From an uncultured Gemmatimonadales bacterium (GTDB lineage Bacteria; Gemmatimonadota; Gemmatimonadetes; Longimicrobiales; Longimicrobiaceae): a stretch of DNA of 64,000 bases. The notes under the pieces were generated by a model. It was not told the origin of the DNA and did no database searches. It saw only the letters and a program-made list of their open reading frames with translations. Each line of letters begins with the position of its first letter. The first letter of the stretch is position 1. This document shows, one piece after another, positions 36,243 to 45,091 of the stretch. The position numbers and the translations under genes are program-made. Location: positions 4,832,001 to 4,896,000 of the forward strand of contig OY970303.1 in the NCBI GenBank assembly GCA_963716255.1. Direction: 5' to 3'.

Positions 36243-36776
36243 ATGAGCCGCCGCCCCATCCAGGCGACGATCCGCACCGGCCCCGACGACCCGGACGGGG
36301 AGGGCGTCGCCGCGCGGCTCCGGGAGGCGCTGTCCCAGTGGGCGAGCGGCGTCGCCGTCCTGGCCGCCACCGACGGCGAGGACGTGGAGGCGATCACCGT
36401 GACCGCCTTCAGCGCGGTCTCCATGGACCCGCCGCTGGTGCTGGTGTGCGTGGGCCTGAACTCGCCCATCCTGCCTACGCTGCTGGAGGAGCGCCGCTTC
36501 ACCGTGGGCTTCCTGGCCGGGGACGACCGCCGCACGGCCAGCTACGTGGCGCAGCGGCTGCCGCTGGACCGGCCGCTCTTCCCGGACCCCGCCGACCCGG
36601 TGATGCCGGGGGCGCTCGCGACGCTGGTCTGCCGGCTGTGGGAGGACTATCCGGGCGGCGACCACCGGATCCTAGTGGGCGAGGTGGAGAGGGTGGAGCT
36701 GGGGCGTGAGGCGGGGCCGCTGCTGTACTTCCGCCGCGAGTACCGGGTTTTCGGCGAAAAAGAAAAAGGAGGTTGA
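36243..36776 (+). CDS. Flavin reductase-family protein
   Basis: WASGVAV, TAFSAVSMDPPLVLVC, GGDHRILVGEV, PLLYFRR.Y. Confidence 0.9.
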   Translation: MSRRPIQATIRTGPDDPDGEGVAARLREALSQWASGVAVLAATDGEDVEAITVTAFSAVSMDPPLVLVCVGLNSPILPTLLEERRFTVGFLAGDDRRTASYVAQRLPLDRPLFPDPADPVMPGALATLVCRLWEDYPGGDHRILVGEVERVELGREAGPLLYFRREYRVFGEKEKGG

Positions 36777-36950
36777 AGGACGGCTGCGGGTTCGGGCGTG
36801 TCCCCGGCTGCATCGCGGCAGGTGCGCCGGATTGCTTACCCGCCGTGCGACGACTCACAAGAACGTTGTGCGCGCTTTATATGACTATTATTGTTCGCTG
36901 GCTATCATGTCCGCACTGTACGTGGGCCCACTGCTTCACCGGAGAACGCC

Positions 36951-37193
36951 ATGAGCATCTCGTTCGTCCAGCTGCGCCGGATCGTGTTCGGCACCTCGTG
37001 CGCCGTCGTGCTCGGCTTCGGGGCCACGCAGGCGCTCGCGTCGCCCGCGCGGGCCTCATACGGCAGATGCAAGGGCTCGCAGGCCCTGGAGTGCTACAAC
37101 TACTGCGCCGCCCTGGGCGCGCAGGGGTTCTGCACCAGCTTGGGGGCCGCGGGGTATGACTGCGTGTGCTCCGGGGACGACCCGGAGGCATAG
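36951..37193 (+). CDS. Secreted 6-cysteine defensin-like (CS-alpha-beta spacing) peptide
   Basis: GGAGA RBS; signal peptide ending ALA; C-x7-C-x3-C-x8-C-x9-C-x-C with GFC. Confidence 0.7.
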   Translation: MSISFVQLRRIVFGTSCAVVLGFGATQALASPARASYGRCKGSQALECYNYCAALGAQGFCTSLGAAGYDCVCSGDDPEA

Positions 37194-37257
37194 GCCCCGG
37201 CGTCGAGCCGGACGACGGCGGGGCCGGCCGGAGCCGGGGAGCGACGCCGCGGCAGGA

Positions 37258-37286
37258 GGGCCCGGCTCCAGTGCGGAGCCGGGCCC
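37258..37286. terminator. Perfect 12-bp hairpin between convergent genes
   Basis: GGGCCCGGCTCC-AGTGC-GGAGCCGGGCCC; no strong U-tract. Confidence 0.5.
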
Positions 37287-37334
37287 TCGTGTTCCCGATC
37301 CGCCCGACCTCTGCCTCGCGGCGGCGGCCCGGCT

Positions 37335-38045
37335 CTACGGGCGCTGCGTCACCACGGCCCGCACCTCCGGGTCGGACCAGCCTTCGCGCAGCACCGGGTC
37401 CGCCTGGATCTCGCGCTGCACCGCCGGGTCCTTCACCAGCTCGCCCGCCAGCGTGAGCAGCTTGCGGGTGGCCTCGTCCGCCGGCGGCGCGGGAGCGGCG
37501 CCGTGTCCCGCGTGCCCGGCCGGGGCGGCGGCGGACGCGGCGCGGGCCGCGTGCTCCGCGTGGGCGTCCGTCCGCGGACTCGTGCCCCCGTGATGCATCC
37601 CCGCGCGCGATCCGTCCCCCGTCGAATGCGGCGCGGTCGAATGCGATGCCGTTGGATGGGCTCCGGCCGCGGGCTCAGCGGCGTCGGACCCCCGGGAGTG
37701 GCCGGCCGCCGAGTGGGACCGCGCACCCGCTGCCGTGCCCGACCTCGTCGAATGCTCCGCCGCCGAATGCCCTGCCGTCGCGTGAGCCGTCGAGTGGTCC
37801 GCGGTCGAGCGAGCCGCCGTCGCGGTCCGCCCGGAGTGGCCGCCGTGCGCCGCGCCGGGCGAGCTCGATCCGTGCGCCACCGCCGCGTGCCCCGCGTGGG
37901 CTGTCACGGGCGCGGCCGCCGCGGGAGCCGCCGCACCGTCCCGCGCCGCCCGCGCCCTCCGCTCGCCCCCGGCGGGCTCGCTCGTGCCCGAGCACGCGGC
38001 CATCACCGCCGCCGCCACGCCGATCCCCAGCCTCGCGTACGTCAT
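37335..38045 (-). CDS. His-rich low-complexity lipoprotein
   Basis: Lipobox MAAC; many H-A/G/S-H motifs; C-terminal LVKDPAVQREIQADPVLREGWSDPEV. Confidence 0.65.
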   Translation of the reverse strand: MTYARLGIGVAAAVMAACSGTSEPAGGERRARAARDGAAAPAAAAPVTAHAGHAAVAHGSSSPGAAHGGHSGRTATAARSTADHSTAHATAGHSAAEHSTRSGTAAGARSHSAAGHSRGSDAAEPAAGAHPTASHSTAPHSTGDGSRAGMHHGGTSPRTDAHAEHAARAASAAAPAGHAGHGAAPAPPADEATRKLLTLAGELVKDPAVQREIQADPVLREGWSDPEVRAVVTQRP

Positions 38046-38068
38046 CGTTCCCCTCGTCCAGGTCCGTT

Positions 38069-39610
38069 TCAGTGCCGGTGCGGGTCGGCCGCGGGGGCGG
38101 CCGGCCGGGCCGGCTGCCCCCGCCGCAGCTCCGCCAGGCGCCGCTGCACCTCCGGGTCGCTCCAGAGCGCGTGAAGGCGCGGGTCGGAGTGGATGCGCGC
38201 CTCTACCTGCGGGTCGGAAAGCAGCCGCACGACGAAGTCCAGCGCCTGCGCGCTGTCCGCGGCCGGGGCCTCGCCGTGGACCTCCGAAACCATGCGCCGG
38301 AGCGTGGAGTCCGCGGCGACGCGGGCCCGGATCACGGGATCGTCCATCATCCGCCCGTGCAGCTCCGCCAGCCGCGCGGAGTCCGCGGGGCCCGGCGCCG
38401 GCACGCCATGGCCCATCGCCGCGGGGTCCCCGGCCCGCGCCGCGGGCATCGCGCCGTGCTGCATCCCCGCGTGGTCCGGCGCTGCCGCCGGGGCCTGGCC
38501 GTGCGGCATGGCGCCGTGGCGCGTCATGCCCGCCATGCCGTTCGCCATCACGGCGCCGCGCTCCACCGTGGGCGCGGGGAAGCCGGCCAGGAAGCCGGTG
38601 ACCGGCCCGCCCATGTTCTGCACGCCCATCGCCAGCGACATGTCGCGCCACTCCCGCTCCGTCATCACGAACGACGTGTCGTCGCGGTAACGCTCCGCCG
38701 CCCGCAGGATCTCGGCGCGCTTGCGGTCGCGCGGCACCTGCGGCGAGGCCAGGATGTCCGAGATCACGTCGTGCATCCCGTGCAGGTTGTCGAAGATGAT
38801 CGCCGCCTCCGGGTAGCGCTCCGCGAAGCGCGGGGCCACGGCCGCGGTCATCGGCATCAGCCGCGGCATGTTCGCGGGCGCGTTCTCCAGCATCTGCCGG
38901 AAGCGCGCCACGGTGGCCGTCACCCCCGTCTGCCGCTCGTCCATCGTCCGCCCCACCAGCAGCGGCTCGTACAATCCCACCTGGAGCCAGTGGTACGCCC
39001 AGATGAGGCCGTTGAACCTGGGGTACTTTTCCCGGAACGCGGCGGAGTAGAACTGCCCCTCCATCAGCTCCATGTTCTTGGGACGCGAGCTGAAGGCCAC
39101 CTCCGGCCGCGTCCGGTAGTAGCGGACCAGCTCGGCCACGGCGCGGTCCCGCTCGGCCTGTGTCAGGCGCTCGTCGCCCAGCACGTCGTAGATCTGCCGG
39201 TGCAGCAGGTGCGCCCACTCGAACATCAGCTTGGCCTCGGGCGCGATCTTGACGTACGAGACCTCGATCGCGCCCTCCTCCAGCGGCATCCGCGGCGGCG
39301 CCACCAGCAGCCTGCGGGTGACGAAGTCGTACTCCCGCTCCTCCAGCTCCGAGGCGGGCGCGTCCGGGTGGCGGTACAACTTCTCGTACAGGATGGCATG
39401 CCCGTAGTCGAAGGCGTTGAAGAGGCGGTCCGCCCCCGGGTAGTTGCGCCGGAACACCCAGTTGTGCTCCGCCGGCAGGTAGAACTGCTCGTGCTGCCGC
39501 GCCCACTGCGCGGCGGCGGGCCGCGCCGCGCCGCCCAGGGCCAGCGCCGCGCAGCCCACCGCCGCGGCCAGCGCCGCGCGGGCCCGCGCCCGGCCGTTGG
39601 CCGCGCTCAT
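38069..39610 (-). CDS. Exported helical protein with His motifs and a Met/His-rich tail (putative metal binding)
   Basis: Signal peptide; FDYGHA, WAHLLHRQIYD, WAYHWLQ, FDNLHGMHDVISD; C-terminal SDPQVEARIHSDP repeats. Confidence 0.7.
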   Translation of the reverse strand: MSAANGRARARAALAAAVGCAALALGGAARPAAAQWARQHEQFYLPAEHNWVFRRNYPGADRLFNAFDYGHAILYEKLYRHPDAPASELEEREYDFVTRRLLVAPPRMPLEEGAIEVSYVKIAPEAKLMFEWAHLLHRQIYDVLGDERLTQAERDRAVAELVRYYRTRPEVAFSSRPKNMELMEGQFYSAAFREKYPRFNGLIWAYHWLQVGLYEPLLVGRTMDERQTGVTATVARFRQMLENAPANMPRLMPMTAAVAPRFAERYPEAAIIFDNLHGMHDVISDILASPQVPRDRKRAEILRAAERYRDDTSFVMTEREWRDMSLAMGVQNMGGPVTGFLAGFPAPTVERGAVMANGMAGMTRHGAMPHGQAPAAAPDHAGMQHGAMPAARAGDPAAMGHGVPAPGPADSARLAELHGRMMDDPVIRARVAADSTLRRMVSEVHGEAPAADSAQALDFVVRLLSDPQVEARIHSDPRLHALWSDPEVQRRLAELRRGQPARPAAPAADPHRH

Positions 39611-40497
39611 CGTCCCTCCCCCAGCGGGACCAGGGAGCGCACCGCGAACGCGTGCGACGCCCCGAAGGTGAAGAACCACCCCTGGCCGCCGCCGGCGAAG
39701 CGCCGGCCGAGGCCCAGGTCCACGTTGAACTGCGGACTGGTCTGGTAGCGCAGCCCGGTCTCCGCCGTCCACTCCAGCGCCTCGCCGCCCTCCAGCGGCT
39801 GCTCCGCGAACACGTCCGCGGTCACCAGCAGCGAGCGGAGCGGGAAGGTGCGGTCCACCGCGATCCCCGCCATCCAGCGCGAGGCCCCGCTCTCCGCGCC
39901 GGGATCCCGCGGCGCGGCGGCCGCGTCGCCGGCGGCGGCGAAGTCCGGGACCGGGTCGGGCGACTCGTCCGGCCCGGCGCCGAAGGTGTACTGCGCGTTG
40001 GCGTGGAAGCGCGCCCAGGTCAGCGTCCGCGTGGCGATTCCCTTGAGCGAGGCGTAGGGCTGGTCCGGGGCGAGCCCGCCCACCGGCAGCAGCACCTCCG
40101 CCGCGACGGCGAGCGCCGGGAGGGTGCGCGTCTCCACGTTCAGGGCGTGCAGCGCGGCGACCTCGATCCCCGCGAGCCCCGCCGAACCTCCGTCCCCGGC
40201 CGCGTCGACCAGGGCGAGGGGGAAGCCCACCTCCACGTGCGTGCGCGGCAGGATGCCGTACGCCAGCTCCGGGGCGAGCTCCCAGGTGTAGACGCCGCCG
40301 GACGCGCGCTCCAGCCGCAGCGGCGCGAGCTGGAGCTCGAAGGCGTGCCGCTCCACCGGGGCGGCGTCCTCCACGCGGACGGGGCGGCCCCGGTCGGTGT
40401 TGTAGTAGTCGGTCTGCGCGCCCAGCGGCGCGGCGAGCGCGCCCAGCGCCGCGCCCGCCGCCGTCAGCGTCCTGCCCGCCGCAAATCGGTTCTTCAT
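39607..40497 (-). CDS. Putative outer-membrane beta-barrel (transporter-like)
   Basis: Signal peptide, QTDYYNTDRGRP, alternating beta pattern, C-terminal WFFTFGASHAF. Confidence 0.6.
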   Translation of the reverse strand: MKNRFAAGRTLTAAGAALGALAAPLGAQTDYYNTDRGRPVRVEDAAPVERHAFELQLAPLRLERASGGVYTWELAPELAYGILPRTHVEVGFPLALVDAAGDGGSAGLAGIEVAALHALNVETRTLPALAVAAEVLLPVGGLAPDQPYASLKGIATRTLTWARFHANAQYTFGAGPDESPDPVPDFAAAGDAAAAPRDPGAESGASRWMAGIAVDRTFPLRSLLVTADVFAEQPLEGGEALEWTAETGLRYQTSPQFNVDLGLGRRFAGGGQGWFFTFGASHAFAVRSLVPLGEGR

Positions 40498-40532
40498 CGC
40501 TCCGTCTTCGTCGTGGGAGCCCGCGCCCAGCA

Positions 40533-40895
40533 TCAGCGGGCGTGCTTGTACATCATGTCCACCAGCTCGTCGTACATCGCCTCGGCGGCGTCGCCGTCGT
40601 CGCCGCGGATGGCGGAGGCCGCGCAGTGCTTCAGGTGGTTGCGCATCAGCTCGCGCCCCACGCCGCGCAGCGCCTCGTGCACCGAGGCGATCTGGGTCAT
40701 GATGTCGGCGCAGTAGCGGTCCTCCTCCACCATCCGCTGGAGGCCGCGGACCTGCCCCTCGATGCGCCGCAGGCGCTTGAGGTTGCGGTCCCTGATCCCG
40801 CCGTCCACGCCCACGGCCTTCCGCTCTCCGTCGCCGTGGGTCCCGCACCCGCAGGCGGGCTGGACCCCGGGCAGGGTGTCGTCGCTGGTCGCCAT
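40533..40895 (-). CDS. csoR: Metal-sensing repressor, CsoR family
   Basis: RLRRIEGQVRGLQRMVEEDRYC...H.LKHC (C-H-C copper-type ligands). Confidence 0.9.
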   Translation of the reverse strand: MATSDDTLPGVQPACGCGTHGDGERKAVGVDGGIRDRNLKRLRRIEGQVRGLQRMVEEDRYCADIMTQIASVHEALRGVGRELMRNHLKHCAASAIRGDDGDAAEAMYDELVDMMYKHAR

Positions 40896-40932
40896 CGTCG
40901 GCTCCGTCGTCCCGTCGGGTTGAAAAAGGTGC

Positions 40933-43314
40933 CTACGCCCGGAAGCGGCGCAGGCGCAGGCTGTTGGCGACCACGCTCACCGAGCTGAAGGCCATGGCCG
41001 CGCTCGCCAGCACCGGCGAGAGCAGCAGCCCTGTGGCGGGGAAGAGCGCGCCCGCGGCCACCGGGATCCCCACCACGTTGTAGAAGAAGGCCCAGAACAG
41101 GTTCTGCTTCATCGTCCGCATGGTGCGCCGCGACAGCTCGATGGCCGACGCCACCCCGCGCAGGTCGCCGCGCATCAGCGTCACGTCGCTGGCCTCCATT
41201 GCCACGTCGGTCCCCGTGCCCACGGCGATCCCCACGTCCGCCCGGGCGAGCGCGGGAGCGTCGTTGATCCCGTCGCCCACCATCGCCACCCTCTTCCCCT
41301 GCTCCTGGAGGCGGCGGACCTCGGCGACCTTGCCCTCGGGGAGGACGCCGGCCACCACCCGGTCCACCCCGGCCAGCCGCGCCACCGCCTCGGCGGTGCG
41401 CCGGTCGTCGCCGGTGAGCATCACCACCTCCAGCCCCATGCGGTGGAGCCGGGCGATCGCCTCGCGCGAGGTGTCGCGCACCGGGTCGGCGATGGCCAGG
41501 AGCCCGGCCAGCTCCCCGTCCACGGCCACGTACACCGGCGTCTTCGCGTCCCCCGCCAGCCGCTCCGCCGCCGCGGCGAGCGGAGCGACGGCGACCGCGT
41601 GGTCGGCCATCAGCGCCTCGTTGCCGATGGCGAGCGCGTGCCCGTCCACCACGCCCACGGCGCCGCGGCCCGCCACCGCCTGGAACCCCTCGGCGGGGGC
41701 AAGCACCAGGGCGGCGTCGCGGGCGTGCCGCACCACCGCGTCGGCAAGGGGGTGCTCGGACGACGCCTCCAGCGAGGCGGCCAGCCGCAGCAGCTCCGCC
41801 TCGCGCCCCGCCCAGGCTGCGGGGACCACGTCGGTCACGGTGGGGCGGCCCTCGGTGATGGTGCCGGTCTTGTCCAGCACCACCGTGCGCACGCCGCCGG
41901 CGCGCTGCAGCGCCTCGCCGCCCTTGATCAGCACCCCCATCTCCGCCCCCCGCCCGGTGGCGACCATCACCGCCGTGGGGACGGCGAGCCCCATGGCGCA
42001 GGGGCAGGCGATGATGAGCACCGCCACCGCCGCGGCGAAGGCCCGCACCCCCGGCGCCGTTTCCGCGGCCACGAACCAGACCACGAAGGTCGCGACCGCG
42101 AGCTGGAGGACCACGGGCACGAAGACGGCGCTGATGCGGTCCGCGAGCCGCTGGATGGGCGCGCGCGAGCCCTGCGCGTCGCGCATCAGCCGGACGATGC
42201 GCGCCAGCATGCTGTCGGCGCCCAGCGTGGTCGCGCGCAGGCGGAAGGCGCCCGTGCGGTTGATGGTCGCGCCGATCACGCGGTCGCCCACGGCCTTGGG
42301 CACCGGCAGCGACTCGCCGGTCAGCATGGACTCGTCCACCGCGCTGGCGCCGGCGACCACCTCGCCGTCCACCGGCACGCGCTCCCCGGGGCGCACCACC
42401 ACCACGTCGCCCCGCCGCACCTCCTCCACCGGCACGTCCGCCTCCACGCCGCCGCGCACCACCCGCGCGACCGGCGGCTGGAGCTTCACCAGCGCCCGCA
42501 GCGCCGACGAGGTCTGCCGCTTCGCCCGCGCCTCCAGCGCGTTCCCCAGCAGGACCAGGGCGATGATGAAGACCACCGCCTCGTAGTACACGTCCGGCGC
42601 CACGCCGCGCGCCCGGAAGAAGCCCGGCGCCACGGTCGCCGCCACCGAGTACGCGAACGCCGCCCCCGTCCCCACCGCCACCAGCGTGTTCATGTCCGCC
42701 GAGCGGTGGCGGAAGGCCGTCCAGGCGCGGGCGTAGAAGTGGCGCCCGGCCCAGGCCATGACTGCGACGGTCAGCAGCAGCAGCCCCCAGGACAGAGCCG
42801 CCGCCGGCACCCGGTACAGCCAGGGGAGCGCGCCCTCCAGCACCGGGCTCAGCCACCCCGTGGTCCAGCGCATGAAGGGGTCGGCGGCCGGGCCGTGCGC
42901 GCCGTGCTCCCCCGCCGCCATCAGCGGCATGGAGACCGCCATGGCGGCCATGGCCGCCGCGAAGCTCGCGCCCGCCTTCACCCGCAGCTCGCGGAAGTCC
43001 TCCTCCTGCGCCCGGTCCTGCTCGTCCTGCTCCTCGAACGCGGTCCGGTCCGGCCGGGCCAGCTCCGCGCCGTACCCGGTGGCGCGGATGGCCTCCACCA
43101 GCGTGCCGGGCGTGGTCGCCGCGGGGTCGAAGCGGACCGTGGCGCTGCCGGTCATCAGGTTGACCGCCGCGTCCCGCACTCCCGGCTGCTTCGACAGCGC
43201 CCGCTGCACCCGCCCGGAGCAGGCGGCGCACGTCATCCCGGAGACCGGGATGGTGACCTTTTCGCCCGCGCCCGGAGCCGTGCCCGGCCCCGCCTCCGCC
43301 GTGCCGCTCGCCAT
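40933..43314 (-). CDS. copA: Copper-translocating P1B-type ATPase
   Basis: [38 protein letters not shown]. Confidence 0.95.
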   Translation of the reverse strand: MASGTAEAGPGTAPGAGEKVTIPVSGMTCAACSGRVQRALSKQPGVRDAAVNLMTGSATVRFDPAATTPGTLVEAIRATGYGAELARPDRTAFEEQDEQDRAQEEDFRELRVKAGASFAAAMAAMAVSMPLMAAGEHGAHGPAADPFMRWTTGWLSPVLEGALPWLYRVPAAALSWGLLLLTVAVMAWAGRHFYARAWTAFRHRSADMNTLVAVGTGAAFAYSVAATVAPGFFRARGVAPDVYYEAVVFIIALVLLGNALEARAKRQTSSALRALVKLQPPVARVVRGGVEADVPVEEVRRGDVVVVRPGERVPVDGEVVAGASAVDESMLTGESLPVPKAVGDRVIGATINRTGAFRLRATTLGADSMLARIVRLMRDAQGSRAPIQRLADRISAVFVPVVLQLAVATFVVWFVAAETAPGVRAFAAAVAVLIIACPCAMGLAVPTAVMVATGRGAEMGVLIKGGEALQRAGGVRTVVLDKTGTITEGRPTVTDVVPAAWAGREAELLRLAASLEASSEHPLADAVVRHARDAALVLAPAEGFQAVAGRGAVGVVDGHALAIGNEALMADHAVAVAPLAAAAERLAGDAKTPVYVAVDGELAGLLAIADPVRDTSREAIARLHRMGLEVVMLTGDDRRTAEAVARLAGVDRVVAGVLPEGKVAEVRRLQEQGKRVAMVGDGINDAPALARADVGIAVGTGTDVAMEASDVTLMRGDLRGVASAIELSRRTMRTMKQNLFWAFFYNVVGIPVAAGALFPATGLLLSPVLASAAMAFSSVSVVANSLRLRRFRA

Positions 43315-43327
43315 GTTCGTATCCTCC

Positions 43328-43708
43328 CTATTCGTCCACGATCAGCTTGCCGCGCAGCATCCCCATCCCGCAGGTGAAGTCGTAGCTCCCCGCCCGCTCC
43401 GGCGTCAGCTCCACCGCGGTCTTCCTGAAGGCCGGGAGGAACCTGCGGATCGCGAACTCCGGGATCACCACCTCCTCCGAGCACCCCGAGGTTTCCTGCC
43501 GGTCGAAGACCAGCCGCACCGGCACGCCGCGCTTCACCCGCACGCGGGCGGGCTCGTAGCCGCCCCGCACCCCGATGGTCACCTCCTGCACCCCGCCCGC
43601 GGCGGCCGCCGCCGTGGCCGGCGCTCCTCCCGCGAAAAAGAAGTACCCGTTGATCCAGGCGATGGCGGCCAGCCCGGCCAGCACCACCCCCCACTCCGTC
43701 GCGCTCAT
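43328..43708 (-). CDS. Cupredoxin domain membrane protein
   Basis: [19 protein letters not shown]. Confidence 0.85.
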   Translation of the reverse strand: MSATEWGVVLAGLAAIAWINGYFFFAGGAPATAAAAAGGVQEVTIGVRGGYEPARVRVKRGVPVRLVFDRQETSGCSEEVVIPEFAIRRFLPAFRKTAVELTPERAGSYDFTCGMGMLRGKLIVDE

Positions 43709-43714
43709 CGCCGC

Positions 43715-43927
43715 CTACCTCCCGGGCACCTCGATCCCGTACCCCTCCTCCTCGATGACCCACCGGATCCGCTCCGGCATGACCGTGCGCGGGTCGTACT
43801 CCACCGTGGCCGAGCCCACCTTCACCTCCCGCACCTCCACCCCGTCGAGCCGCTCCAGCGCCCCCTTCACCGCGTCGACGCAGTGCCCGCAGCTCATCCC
43901 GGTGATGCCGATGGTCGTGCTCTCCAT
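43715..43927 (-). CDS. copZ: Copper chaperone (HMA domain)
   Basis: GMSCGHC in a 70-aa protein. Confidence 0.9.
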   Translation of the reverse strand: MESTTIGITGMSCGHCVDAVKGALERLDGVEVREVKVGSATVEYDPRTVMPERIRWVIEEEGYGIEVPGR

Positions 43928-43950
43928 GATCGCGTCTCCGTGTGTGTCAG

Positions 43951-44008
43951 CATACCCCTGGCCCCTATCTACAGGACGGAATCTATGTACCCCCCTCCCC
44001 TATGTCAA
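43951..44008 (-). promoter_or_regulatory. sigma70 promoter of the cop operon with two G-tract boxes (putative CsoR operators)
   Basis: Minus strand TTGACA (44008-44003)-N17-TAGATT (43985-43980); boxes ATAGGGGAGGGGGGTA and ATAGGGGCCAGGGGTA. Confidence 0.7.
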
Positions 44009-44124
44009 CCGGAGGTCCCGGAGCCGAGCGGCCCGCCCGTCTTGCGGGGGAGGGCGGGTGCCCGCAGCTTCCCCCGGGCGGCACGCCGCGCGCCACGATC
44101 CACCCCCGTCCCTCCGCGTCCGCC

Positions 44125-44916
44125 ATGTTTTCCTCCCCCCGGCCGGTCATCGCCATGGTCCACGCGGGCGCGCTCCCCGGCACGCCCGCGAGCCGCGCCA
44201 CGCTCCGCGACCTGGAGGCGCGGGCCGTGGCGGAGTGCGCCGTGTACCGCGCGGCGGGCGTGCACGGGGTGGCGCTGGAAAACATGCACGACGTGCCGTA
44301 CCTGCGCGGCGGCGTGGGCCCGGAGATCACGGCGGCCATGACCGTGCTCGCGCGGGCGGTGAAGGAAGCGAGCGGGCTCCCGTGCGGCATCCAGATCCTG
44401 GCCGGCGCCAACCTGGAAGCGGTGGCGGTGGCGCACGCGGCGGGGCTGGACTTCGTGCGCGTGGAGGGGTTCGCCTTCGCGCACGTCGCGGACGAAGGGA
44501 TCATCGAGTCGTCGGCCGCGGCGCTGCTGCGCTTCCGCCGCCACATCGGGGCCGAGCGGGTGCAGGTGTGGGCCGACGTGAAGAAGAAGCACGCGTCGCA
44601 CGCGCTCACCGCCGACGTGGGAATCGGCGAGACCGCGGCGGCGGCGGAGTTCATGCGCGCGGACGCGGTGATCGTCACCGGCTCCGCCACCGGCGAGTGT
44701 CCCACCGGGGCCGACGTCGCGGAGGTGCGCGGGCGCTGCGGGCTGCCCCTGTACCTGGGCTCCGGCGTCACCGCCGAGAACCTGGAGCAGTACTACGCGG
44801 GGGCGGACGGGTTCATCGTCGGGTCGGCGCTCAAGGAGGGCGGCCGGTGGAGCGGGGCGGTGGACCCCGGGCGCGTGGAGCGGTTCATGGCGGCGCACGC
44901 CCGCTGCGGCGGGTGA
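44125..44916 (+). CDS. BtpA/SgcQ-family TIM-barrel protein
   Basis: IAMVH..ALPGTP, ENMHDVPY, ADVKKKH, VIVTG.ATG, GSGVT, DGFIVGS. Confidence 0.9.
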   Translation: MFSSPRPVIAMVHAGALPGTPASRATLRDLEARAVAECAVYRAAGVHGVALENMHDVPYLRGGVGPEITAAMTVLARAVKEASGLPCGIQILAGANLEAVAVAHAAGLDFVRVEGFAFAHVADEGIIESSAAALLRFRRHIGAERVQVWADVKKKHASHALTADVGIGETAAAAEFMRADAVIVTGSATGECPTGADVAEVRGRCGLPLYLGSGVTAENLEQYYAGADGFIVGSALKEGGRWSGAVDPGRVERFMAAHARCGG

Positions 44917-44954
44917 ATCCGATGTGGTCCTGGATGGATTGAACTGCTTGGACT

Positions 44955-45091
44955 GCGGGGTCGGGCGTGCCCCCGGCTGGCGCCGGGGTCGGGCTTCGGC
45001 TCCGTAGGGCTGCCAACGACGCAGCCCAACGGAGTCGAGCCCCGGCAAACTGCCGCCGGGTCTCGCCCCTTCGGGCCGGAATCCCTCACGC
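44955..45091 (+). repeat. R1 repeat copy 7
   Basis: R1 backbone; supplies the stop codon (45086-45088) of the ECF sigma gene. Confidence 0.9.

Noticed and set aside
4661..45091. R1 repeats as a CRISPR array or tRNA genes
   Set aside because: Dispersed in both orientations, with no repeat-spacer periodicity, no cas genes, and no T-loop/anticodon/CCA signature.
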